Below the pieces are notes generated by a model that saw nothing but the letters and a program-made list of their open reading frames with translations, made no database searches and was not told the origin of the DNA. A program made the translations under genes and the position numbers. Source: Mayamaea pseudoterrestris (taxonomy: Eukaryota). Taken from it: a DNA stretch of 64,000 nt. Every line of letters starts with the position of its first letter. Position 1 is the first letter of the stretch. This document shows, one piece after another, positions 34,319-45,699 of the stretch. The stretch lies in assembly GCA_027923505.1 (NCBI GenBank), contig BROI01000006.1, positions 124,001 to 188,000 of the forward strand, written 5' to 3'.

Positions 34319-34577
34319 TCAATGTAATGAGTTAGCCTATGACTGTGCTGAGGATATGTAGTTTGTACTGGAAGAAACCATAACAATTCGATATGGAATG
34401 GAATGGATAGCTAAAGAAAATGGCGCGAAAAATGAGAGTGTGACGTCCTCGTCGTTAAGCATGTTGAAGTGCCGCCCGGTGATCGCATCGCAGAATCGCC
34501 TCCATCTTATGATCTATTAGATACATTCATACCGTGTTTCGACTCTTTCTTATAGTATCAGGAAGATAGGAAACACT

Positions 34578-36656
34578 ATGAAGTACTTTCAGACAGCCTT
34601 GTTGCTTTCAGTGCTCGCATTGGAGAGCGATGCGTTTGCGCCGTCGAAAATTCTTTCGCAGGGAAACACCAAGCTCTTTGCCACGGTCGAAGAAACGACA
34701 AACAAAAATGTTGCCCAAACGGAGGACACCAACCGCGACAGTATCATGACTTTCTCCTATGACATGTCCATGGAACCAAAGTACGAGAAACCAACATACC
34801 CAGGCACTGGTAATGGCTTATCGGGCGACTCTGGCGAATACGATGTTGTTGTTATTGGCAGTGGCATGGGCGGCTTGGCGTGCGGAGCACTCTCGGCCAA
34901 GTATGGCGACAAGGTGCTGGTGCTAGAGTCGCACATCAAGTGTGGAGGATCGGCGCATACATTTTCGCGCATGCACAATGGCGGCAAGTATTCCTTCGAG
35001 GTGGGACCGTCTATCTTTGAAGGACTTGATCGGCCGAGTCTAAACCCGCTACGCATGATTTTTGATATTCTTGGAGAGAAAATGCCTGTCAAGACTTACA
35101 CTGGCCTTGGATACTGGACGCCGACTGGGTATTGGCGGTTTCCAATTGGAAGTAAAAGCTCGTTTGAACAGTTGCTCTTGGAGCAGGCCGAGGACGGCCC
35201 AAAGGCAGTCGAGGTATGTCATGATGCGATGACGGCATTGTTATAAAAGCAATGTATGTACGATGCCAATAACATCACCCAATGCTCAATCTCATCTCTA
35301 CAGGAATGGAATCAACTACGAGCCCGGCTCAAGACGCTCGGAGGGTCGACCGCCGCTGTATCTCTGCTCAATTTGAGACAGGATGCCGGTTTCTTGGCAA
35401 CCACGGCGGGAAGTCTTCCCTTTGTCATGACGCATCCAGACGTTTTTCTTGATTTGCCATTGACGTTTGACTCTCTCCACAAGACTGTTGATAAGATTGT
35501 GACAGTGCCATTTCTTCGTAATTTTATCGATACCATGTGCATCTTTTGTGGGTTCCCCGCCAAGGGCGCCATGACGGCACACATGCTTTACATTTTGGAA
35601 CGATTCTTTGAGGAGTCGGCTTGCTACTCTGTTCCCATCGGTGGTACTTGTGAAATGGGCAATACACTGCAGCGCGGCTTGGAAAAGTTCGGAGGGAAGT
35701 TGCAACTTAATGCACATGTGGACGAAATTATGGTTGAGAATGGACGAGCTGTTGGTGTTCGTCTCAAGAATGGAAAAGTCGTCAAGGCGCGAAAGGCCGT
35801 TGTGAGCAATGCGACTCCATTCGACACGGTAAAGATGCTTGGTACGGAGCAAGAGCTGCCACAAGGCGTACAAGACTGGAAGAAGGAGCTTGGAAAGCTT
35901 CCTCGTCATGGAGCTATTATGCATTTGTTCCTTGCGATTGATGCGATAGATTTGGATCTTTCGCATATTGAAGATCCAGCGCATTTGGTGGTACAGGATT
36001 GGGGTCGGTCACTCCAAGACTCTCAGAACCTTTGCAGTTTTTTCATTCCAAGCCTGCTGGATAAATCTTTGTGCCCCGAAGGCAAACACGTCATACATGT
36101 ATATTCGTCTGGTGGTGAACCATATGAGCCGTGGGAAAAGCTAACCCCTGGAAGCGCTGAGTACGAGGCTTACAAGGAGAAGCGCGCCGAGGTGCTCTGG
36201 CAAGCTGTTGAGCGGTGCATTCCAGATGTGCGGCAACGGTTGGAGTTCTCCATCATTGGCTCTCCTCTTGCACATGAAGCGTTCCTGCGGCGAGACAGAG
36301 GGACGTATGGAATGGCGTGGGCCGCTGGGACTTCGGCCCCATACGCTGGCATGCTCAAGAACATCCTGCCGTTTCCTTTCCCAAACTTCAAGACACCTGT
36401 CGATGGTCTGCTCCGATGTGGAGACTCATGTTTCCCAGGCATTGGAACACCAAGTGCGGCAGCGAGTGGTGCGATAGTCAGCTCCTCGTTACATCCCGTG
36501 AAGAAGCACATTGAGATGCTTCAAGAAGCAAGCAAAATTGACCCCATGTACAAGTTTCTTGATCCTGGATTTATGGCAAATGTATACCTTCCCTTCGTTG
36601 AAGGATTAACTCCATCACCTGAGCTGCGAGTAGAAGCAACGGAAAGTGTTAACTAA
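34578..36656 (+). CDS. Carotenoid isomerase (CRTISO)-like FAD oxidoreductase, plastid-targeted; exons 34578-35213 and 35304-36656 (662 aa)
   Basis: ESDA-FAP bipartite motif; [16 protein letters not shown]-binding motif; [23 protein letters not shown]; intron 35214-35303. Confidence 0.88.
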
Positions 36657-36967
36657 TGAAAGTCACAGGCTTGCCCGATCGATCGGTCGCCGTCTCGATC
36701 AATTGACTTAGCATGGACCGTCGGTCATCATGGTGTCGGGTTCAGTTATAACAGCTTTATTGATACTGCGATCTAATTATACATAGCTACATACGGCTAC
36801 GTAAACTTTAAGCATGTCTTTAAGCTAAATTTAAATAAGCGCGGGTCATAAAATTTACGTTAGGAGGAGATCGGTGAATATACAATCCATGTACAATAGT
36901 TTTCTTGTCAATGCATTCATAGTTGTTTACCCGCTTGATAAGAAGGCGACGAGGGCTAGAGTTAGTC

Positions 36968-38388
36968 TTAGTCGCTCTGGGCCGCCTCGTCGGAACAAGG
37001 TGCATGCTCGGCCGTGTAGCTTGCCTTGGGTCGCTCCACAGCGGCACTGCCATGGGCTAGCTCGTATGGATTGCAACCGTAAGAGACACAAACGGGAGAA
37101 TTCGTGTCCGGTCTGGCCTCGGCGGCTGCCGAAGGGTGTGAATATCCTCCTTGGGCGTATAGCAAGCGAAGTCGACCGCGACAAGCTGCCAACTCTTCGC
37201 TGGACCCATGGAGCAGGGAGATCTTGGCAAGCTCGCTCACCAAAAGGTTTGTCGTTGCTCTAGAAGATCCAGGGAGCTCCTCCATGGCTATCATAAGAGC
37301 CGCCACTGCAATGGTTGATGTGCGATGCATGACAAAATAGTAGTCAATCACACTTAGTTCTGTCAGGAACCGCGCAAGCTCTAGCACATCATGCCTCGTC
37401 TCCATCGAAACTGACACTTGCGGGAGTAGCAATAGCATGTGCTTTACAAAGCTAAAGGAGGTCGGAGGATGCATGTGCCAACACAAGGTTCTGCAAAGAA
37501 GCGAATGCACACATTGTTAGTCAGTAGGTCGTCAGTGGGTAGACTATCAATAGGGCGGTATGATTGCCATGCAAACATCCGGAGGGAAGGCAACGGAAGG
37601 CCGACGATGACAGACAAGAGGGGCAATTCAGCCAGGCATATATTTTGATGACGTCAATATAGGAATCGGTGCAGAACGAAAGGATTCCATGACGAAAAAG
37701 TGCCGACCGACGAGCGCATCATCATCATGGCGATATCATCATGAACCAACATGACTGACCTTAGTATAGACATCTCCATGGCCGCCATTTGCTCTGGACG
37801 GAAGTAGCCGCGGCTTAGTTCAATCATGGAAGACATCGAGAGTCGTCCGGGTTCGTGTAGCTTGATGGCGATGAAAAGCGAGGTCATCGCGGCGAGTTGG
37901 AATTGCTTCTTGTTGACCGGCCGAGTGGCAAGGTACTTGTCCAAATAGTGCATTGAAATGCTCACCACTTCTCTGGAGAAATCAAAGTGATCGATTACTT
38001 GATAGGACCACTCACAGATGCGTTCCCTCCAGATCTCGTTAATTCCTGACGTAGACGATGCCGTAGAGGACGAAGAATTTGAGTTGGCCACCGAGTCTCG
38101 AGCCCGGGATGAACTGCCTTCCACTTCGATCTTGCCATCTGAGGAAGAGATTGCTGTTTCCTGTTTGCTAGAATCGAGCTTTTGAGGAATCAATGAGCCG
38201 CTCAGATTTGTGGAAGAGGCTGAAGGTAAGGATTCCGCCGTCTTGTCTTGAGGAGGCAAAGAATCATCATCGTCGAGCTTGAGTGAGGCCAGCTTGGCTT
38301 GAAAGGAAGGTGCGAGGTAGTCTTGAGTGGTGTAGTGCCGAGCCTCTTGCTCCAGCATCCCATTGAGGCGCTCCGTAAGATCCACCAT
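36968..38388 (-). CDS. Cyclin of the diatom-specific (dsCYC) type; intron 37491-37759
   Basis: Cyclin box WRERICEWSYQVIDHFDFSREVVSISMHYLDKYL..FQLAAMTSLFIAIKL; splice joins ILR|TLCW; ARFLTELSVIDY. Confidence 0.88.
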
Positions 38389-38873
38389 GTCTTCCGTGTG
38401 CAACTTTTTGTGTCTTTCGTAAAGTGCGCGCTGACTCGCAGGTCTCCTCGACCTTGAATCAATTCCAAGCCAGCCGTCGACAATGAGGAATCGCTCTAAT
38501 TGGTCCGAATACGGCAGTTATTGCTTGGAAATCGTGAAAGGCCTACCGGCACTCAAGATCACGGTCCTCGGAAGTGCAACCAGCAATGCTGACGATCCCG
38601 AGCGACATTTTTAGAACACGATCTGTCCTGCCGGAGGTGCACTCATTTACTTATGGCGTCGAAGTTTTTGTCCATAGAAATGCAGTCGACAAAGATGAAT
38701 ACTCACTGGCACATCGCGTCATTGGATTCAGGGTGTCTGTTGTGGCCATCGACGAGTGTTCCATATATCGATTTATTTTACTTAATCGTGTCATGCGCTG
38801 GCGTGGCGACGATCGATCGGATGCTTCTTCAACAGGTGAGTAACTTCAGCTTGCAGGACGCTCCACAACACTA

Positions 38874-38994
38874 CGAATGAAATGGCTCGTTTCGTCCGAG
38901 CTGCCTAGGGCATATGCTTGGGGCATTTTTAACATGCGAATGAATTGGCTTGTTTCGTCTGAGCTGCCGAGGCATATGCTGAGGGCACTATTAA
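38874..38994. repeat. Two diverged ~63-bp tandem copies in a divergent intergenic region
   Basis: CGAATGAA.TGGCT.GTTTCGTC.GAGCTGCC..GGCATATGCT at 38874 and 38937. Confidence 0.8.
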
Positions 38995-39307
38995 ATTTCT
39001 ATTGGAAGGAAACGAAGCAACATTTCAATCGTGTTAAAGATTCATTTTGGTTTCTGTGCTCTGATGAGTCTCTCTGCGACATGATAAGACACGAGGTAAG
39101 CGACGACCCATTGATCGCGAGGAAGCAGCGCCTCTGCTGCAGTTGCTGCACCAACTGGGTACAAGTACTGTCAGCACCATACACCATTGTGTAGAACAGA
39201 TACGCAAGTTAGACGAACAAATGAGATAATCGATTGGGTAAATTCGGAAGCTAAACGAGGGGTCAAGTGGGGTGTAAAAAGACATTGCAAGCACCGCCAG
39301 GATCACC

Positions 39308-41662
39308 ATGCAGCTGCTCGATGCTTCGACGACGGCAATTCCTCAATGCGTGGCGCTCTGCTTCGTCGATAAGCCAGGGCTCGATGAATCAGATGTACCG
39401 GCTCATGTATCCGAGCCATTGGTGCTTTCGTCGTCTCTAGCTACAATCTCTAGTGACTGCGTGTCTCGGGCACTTCGTGAGCTCGTTGCATACGCCTCGG
39501 CATCGCTCATTGCTGCGATGACGATGGAGAAGTCGTTTGCGGCCGAGTTATTAGAAGAGGAAACAGCGAACCAATCAACAATGGTGCAGACATTTCGTCC
39601 TCAAAGCGCACAAGGCATGGCACTTCACTATCGATTCATTAAAGACGACAATCTGCTCAAAACCCTGTCTGCTCATCTTTTGGCTGCAAACAAGGCTGGT
39701 GGCTCTAGTTTAAATGGCAACCAAAATTCTGTGCTACCTGTCTCTGTGTCTGGAGTTTTGTTCTGCGTCGGAATTTCCGGTTTGTCAATTGCTAATACGT
39801 CCTCGGCGCTGCGATACTCGCTTCCGCAACGAATGGCCGACTGCCTCACAATAATGATGAAAACTGACCCAAAGGAGACGACTACTGTAAAAGCTTTATT
39901 ATCAACGTATCTTTTAATGGATGATGAACCAAGAAAGTCGAATGAAATGGCAGATACTCCTGAAATGCTCTTGTTTCAACCATTGAAATCGGACGACAAG
40001 GCAGCATCCAACATGGGTATGATGTCGCCCCTTGCTGGTACACTCAATCTACGGCGAATGGCGGGTAACAACGCTGCGGGTGCGGGGAATGCCATTGGGA
40101 AAGATACTGATGGAGGAGACGACAATGAAACAAATGCACGACTGCCTGGAGTTCGTCTTGCCCTTGCTCCATCTGGTGCCGACGTAGCAAGAGTAGTGTC
40201 CGAGCAGGTCAAAGTCTTGGCGATTGCAGAGTCTGATGCATTATTGCGCAAATATACTCTATCGCATCAAGAAAGAAGAGCAAACTTAGATTTGGCAGGT
40301 GGAAGTAAGTCCAGGTTTAGTCGAAGGAAGAATACGTCTCGGGGTGCGACGCGCGATCCTGACTTTGATAACTTTGATTACAAGGGTCCAACGAAAGCGG
40401 TGATGACAACCAAGACAGTGAATACTAATTTAAAAAGTGATCCAGTCGTATTACCGACTGTCGTCTATCCGGCAGCAAAAGATGATAATGCAACTAAAGC
40501 TTTTGTTCCTGCGCTGGCGGCAGCGCGAGGCGACGTCGGCTCAAGTAGACGCGCCTCAACCTCCTCGGTACAATCCGCGGGCCAAAGGAGTCGAGGCTCG
40601 AGGAAAGGATCATCTGCACAATTTGTTGGGGGCGACGACGAGAGTCTTGTATCAGGCATGTCAGACAATCACTCAAGGAGGCGGAGAAGCAGTGGACACG
40701 AATTTGAAGACGATGCATCGAACGTGTCGGATGGCAGATCCGGTATTGCTACTCAAGGTCGGTTGCAAGTCAATATTGCACTCAACGAAGATTTTTCATG
40801 CTCCTACAAGCTATCGCAACTTTCTACTTGCAGCGTCGAAGGTGTTGTACAGGTAACTTTCATCGTAGTGGATATAATGGGCCAGATGGTGTGTTATCCC
40901 TAACCCAGTTTGTTGCGACATGCAGGTTCAAGTAAAAGCAAGTAGCCGGAATAGTGGCCCGTTCATGCTGCTGCTTCGAGATTCCGCAAAGCACATTGGG
41001 TCGCTGCAAGAGAACAAAAAATTCGCTGAGGACCTGGGAAAGGGACACGAGTCAGACTTTAGGTACACCATCAACATACCAAAAGGAGATACATACACAC
41101 CCGTGATTCGGTACAAATGCGTCGACAGCCTTCGTCCGGTCCCTTTGGTACGTACTCGCACTTTTTTTGCGGACCGATGTGTTGTTGATAAAACTTATCG
41201 AAATCTTATTGCTTCGGCTTACAGCGAGTTCAAACGAGAGTAAAAGCAGACAGTGATTATTGTCGAGTGGCTCTACAAATAAGTTCAAACCCGAATAACG
41301 AAGCGAATCTGACTGATCTTACCATCATTATGGGAGTGCCCGATGAAGTATTGGGAGAGTCGATAATCACACAACCCGAAGGTGGCGTGTGGAACGCCTC
41401 GAAACGTAGTGTGATTTGGTGCGTTTCGGAACTTGGGAACGGTGAAAAGTTTCAGCTACAAGCGCGCTTTGAGTTAGGGAATGTGCCTTACGACTTGGAG
41501 ATAGAAAAGCCAAAGTTCCCAGTCCTCATAAGATCGCAGTGCTTGTTCGCGCAGCTCAGTAACGTCGACATTGACGTGCGAGATATCCCTGACATCTTCC
41601 CAGCTGAGATAGAGATGAAACTGGCTAGACGATTTCGCATCGCACATCGAGAGCGATCATAA
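39308..41662 (+). CDS. Protein with a C-terminal mu-homology (muniscin/adaptin-mu-like) domain; introns 40853-40925 and 41148-41224
   Basis: VNIALNEDFSCSY..SVEGVVQV, LRPVPL|RVQTRV, TQPEGGVWN..VIWCVSEL..FQLQARF; splices restore frame. Confidence 0.75.
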
Positions 41663-41766
41663 ACACGATTTGTTAAAGTATTGTATTGCGTCAGAGATTA
41701 TTGTATGTCAGCATATGAATTATATTGGATGGTTGTGAGTCGCATATGCTTGTCAGGCAGAGCAAT

Positions 41767-42597
41767 CTACACTTCCGCTACTTCGCAGTCATCATCGTCG
41801 TCATTGGTCACTGACTGATATATTGAAGAATCGACTCCGGCGGCAGCGGCTGCACAAACCTTGGCAAGGCTATCGAGAGGCGCATCCAAACTTTTGGTGT
41901 CGCCGACTGCCTCGCGAAGCCTTCGTTGTTCTACTCTTTGCATAGAATACCATTTGTTTTTGATATCATTGTCCGTGCGATTCTCTAGAATAGTGGCCAT
42001 TGCCATCCATCTGACAGTGAAGGAAAATTAAGGCTTGTGAGAGTCGATGACCTGTTTCACAAGCATCAACTTGCGCAATGGCTACTTACTTCGGCCCGAA
42101 TGAATCATACATGTCGCTCAAAAGCATCTCCTCCTCGCTCGACCAGCTTCCTTTTTTGATTCCGGGGCGTAGATAGTTGAGCCAGCGATCGCGGCACTGT
42201 TTGGCCGTGCGCCCATTGCCCATGCACTTTGCGACATTCGGCCACTTGCACTGCATCGGATCATCAATAGTCGTACCAACAATCTTCACAAGCCGTTCGT
42301 CCTCCTGAGTAGTCAGAAACTTGTAAGTGTGGTTGCGAAAACCAAGCAGCAACAAAAGTCTCAGCGCAACGCACAACGTACTTCTTTGCTCCATTTCATG
42401 CGAGGGTTACGAGTGATGGCTGCCTTGCCGGCTTTTGCCTTCTTGCTTGCTACAGCGATTTCACTCGTTTGGATTTCATACATTTGAAGGGAGTTGTTTC
42501 GTTCTTTCCCATCCGACATTCCAGAAACCTCCGGCAACCGACCAGCACTTAACAGATTGTTGGTAACAAAATGATTGTCCGGACAATTAAAGGCCAT
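41767..42597 (-). CDS. R2R3-MYB transcription factor; introns 42305-42381 and 42011-42089
   Basis: KWSKE|EDERL, RTAKQCRDRWLNYLRPGIKKGSWSSEEE, GPK|W and NRTDNDIKNKWY. Confidence 0.9.
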
Positions 42598-43056
42598 GAT
42601 CAGCTACAAGTAATAGGAGAGTTAAGCATTCAGATAGGTAGGAAGATATTTGGCACATAGAACAAAAGTGCAATTTCGATGCCAGTCACGAGACGACGAC
42701 CGAATCCGATCGGCAGATCTGAATGCTGTCGCATCGACAATTGCTTTCCATCGGAAAAATCGCAGGCTATCTATGTTGAACTTCCATCTAATCTCCCTAT
42801 TACTTACTTTTGCTGCATGAGCGTCTAATAAGGCGCATACAATGTAATGCTGGAGTCGTCCAAGCATCCGTTTTCTGTCGTCGAGAGTCAACGTCGGCTC
42901 GCTCGTCAACGAGTTTTTCATTGCCGGTCCGATGGTATCTTCGGTGTTTCGGTGCGACATTTCCACGCCCTGATGCGGGCAACCATTGAATCACAACAAC
43001 TCGCAACGCGAAAAGTTTATTCGCCACATTTCATCTTCCTTTAAAACATTCTGACG

Positions 43057-44082
43057 ATGTCGTCTGATAATAAAGAAGTTGGGAGTGAACAGTCGACGGA
43101 AGTCGCAATGGAAACGGACGAACAAGCGGTTGAGGAGCAAGGCGACGAGGAGGACGAGGACGACGACCAGGATGCTGATGGCGACGAAGACGGAGAAGTC
43201 GAAGAAGACGAGGATGAAGATGAGAATCCATTGCAGCATCTTCCAGAATATGTCATTCACCGGGTGGAGCGACTTAGAAGCCTCCATGACAAGCGCGAAC
43301 ACATCATGGCAGATTACCTAGCGGAGCGGGCCGCCCTCGAATACAAGTTCGGCGCATTGCTAAACCCGCTCTTCCAGGAGCGAAACTCTATTGTACAAGG
43401 AGAGATGGATGATGAAATTGCCAAGGATCACGCAGGTGAGGAAACTACGGACGCGGAAGAAGCACAGGCTGACCATGGCGCACCCGTGAAGGGTATTCCG
43501 CAATTTTGGTTGTGTGCCATGATGCACAATGAGACGACTGCCGAGCTCATTACGGAAGACGACGTCGACTGTCTGGAAAAGCTTTGCAATGTGACTTGCG
43601 TCGACCGGGAGGACGGTAAAGGTTTTACGCTTCACTTTCACTTTGCTCCCAACGACTACTTTACGAATGAGGTGTTGACAAAGACATACGAAGTGCCCAA
43701 CATGCTGCTACCAGACGAGCCACTTTTAAAGAACGTTCAGGGAACTCCCATTGCATGGAAGGACGGCCGCTCTTTGACGTTTCGCATGGTCAAGAAGAAG
43801 CAGCGCGGCAAGGGCAAGCACGCCGGTCAGGTTCGCACCGTCGAAAAGCAGGAGGATTTGGAGTCGTTCTTTCGCTGGTTTGAACCTCCTGAAATGCCAC
43901 CCATGGATGAGCTGGACGAGGAAGAAGCTTCGCGACTGGAAGAAATTTACGATAATGATTATGAGGTCGCGCAGGCCTTTCGCTATCAGCTCATTCCGCA
44001 AGCCGTTGTTTACTTCACTGGCGAAGTAGGAGACGACCACGTGACTCTGGCAATGGATGGTGAAGATGTGGATGACGAGTGA
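43057..44082 (+). CDS. NAP1: Nucleosome assembly protein (NAP1/SET family)
   Basis: KGIPQFWL, FTLHFHFAPNDYFTNEVLTKTY, ESFFRWF and LIPQAVVYFTGE; acidic termini. Confidence 0.92.
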   Translation: MSSDNKEVGSEQSTEVAMETDEQAVEEQGDEEDEDDDQDADGDEDGEVEEDEDEDENPLQHLPEYVIHRVERLRSLHDKREHIMADYLAERAALEYKFGALLNPLFQERNSIVQGEMDDEIAKDHAGEETTDAEEAQADHGAPVKGIPQFWLCAMMHNETTAELITEDDVDCLEKLCNVTCVDREDGKGFTLHFHFAPNDYFTNEVLTKTYEVPNMLLPDEPLLKNVQGTPIAWKDGRSLTFRMVKKKQRGKGKHAGQVRTVEKQEDLESFFRWFEPPEMPPMDELDEEEASRLEEIYDNDYEVAQAFRYQLIPQAVVYFTGEVGDDHVTLAMDGEDVDDE

Positions 44083-44672
44083 TGCATTGATATTAAACGT
44101 AGCATTCTAGTTTCCTTTGAGTACGTAAGAATCAGACTTGGTTTTCTACCCATACAACGTTCCATGCAATGTTTCTTGCTAGAAGGTATTCTTCGTACTC
44201 GTACCAGCCTTTCCAAATAGAATCTGTGTTATTTCCCACCCGTAGAGCAAGCTGGTCAGCCACTTGTGTGGGGCATTTAGCAAGGAAGATGGAATGAGCC
44301 AGTGTTGTTTTCACTGGCTAAAGTATGCGAGCATTGCAGCGCTGCAAACTGCAGCTGCCAATGACCATACCGTACCTATCGAGTTTTGCAAGGACATAAG
44401 TTTATAAAAAAGATCTATTGCATCTATACCGATAGATGAACTGTTAGATATTGGTAATCCTTCCAGGACCACATCGCCAAATCGAACTTTCGTCGCCACA
44501 GCGTTTCAAAACCGCTCCGACTTCAGTAGATAGCGGTGCGACAATATTCTTCAACCACGAACAGGCGCGCCATGGCGCGATTCTTTGAGACGCAACGGCG
44601 ACCGGCTCATACTTCTACCAAGGTCGACTTCCATTTCTAACAAGCTCTGTCATTACTCTGTAACGTAAATAC

Positions 44673-45389
44673 ATGTGTTCTGATGCCTCCGCTGCTGCTC
44701 AAGGCTGTGCCTTTTTCTCCGCCACTGGCATTATATTCATGGTGCGTGCGTTTCGAATGAATAAAATGTGCCGGGTGACGTGCGAGTCGTATGTACCGTA
44801 CCTGTTGCTGCTGTAGAACCAGGCAAGCCTCATTACGTTATAAGTTGACTCAATAATCAAAACACATTAACTGCATCACCACATCGTTGCGATAGAAAAC
44901 ATGTGCGTTTCCTTCATGTACGAAATCAGACCGACCGTTCGACACCAACAGTCATCAGTGCATGCAGAGTTGCGTTAATATGCTTTATGATTCGCCCATC
45001 TTAGTAAAACTTTACTTTTCATTTCTCACACCGTTTTGTTATCTTTGCTTTAGACATGGGTCGGCATCATGCTAATGAAGCAACCATTTTTTGTAGGTGG
45101 CATTGAGGACGTGGAAGCTGCAAAGGGCTCAGCCTTTGGCGCGGCTGGAACGTTTTTCTTTACCTTTCTAATAAGCATGATGTACATGATTCGAGAAGGT
45201 CAGCGACTGACGCGAAGCAATAACAGTGGTGGAAGTGTCAACTCGTATGATGACCCAATTCAAGGCGTACGACGACATCCGTTCTTTGACCAACCTGGAA
45301 CGACTGCGCTTTTTCATGATTACGATCCAGTGGATAGCACAATATCAGTGCCTGGAAGGGAAATGGATAGATCAGGCGTGTTTACATAA
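44673..45389 (+). CDS. Small two-TM protein, RNASEK / V-ATPase subunit f-like; exons 44673-44741 and 45054-45389 (134 aa)
   Basis: GT-AG intron 44742-45053 joins CAFFSATGIIFM|TWVGIMLMKQPFF in frame; second TM AFGAAGTFFFTFLIS; family call tentative. Confidence 0.6.
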
Positions 45390-45699
45390 CCGAGTGGTTG
45401 GCTTAGTAAGCGGTTGCATGGATTATCACGTTGAAAGTGCGACGAAACAATGACGAAGGGGGTGGAGGTATGGCTTAACTGCGTTTACAAAGCTGCGAGA
45501 GTCGTCTGCGAATACACTATATCTCGAAGTCCGGTGAGGTGGATGTTCAGGTTTCCTGCCGTGAAGTACAGTACGCATCCTGACGCTGTCCATTACTGGA
45601 TGCACCTTCTATATTTAGGTTCATAAAAAGCTACTCTACAGTATGTTTGAATTTGAAAAATATACAACGTCCCTTTGTTTTATTACACTCATACAGTTG

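Larger units (their letters stand above)
4210..34802 (+). repeat. Tandem segmental duplication or adjacent haplotypes: copy A 4210-19520, copy B 19521-34802
   Basis: Same genes in the same order and orientation at ~15.3 kb offset; TTGCCACGCATTCAATTTTC starts both copies; GAGAAACCAACA(C/T)ACCCA ends both. Confidence 0.95.

Noticed and set aside
36968..44082. Cyclin, MYB and NAP1 as a cell-cycle or chromatin cluster beside the satellites
   Set aside because: Common gene families interspersed with unrelated genes; no shared regulatory signal seen
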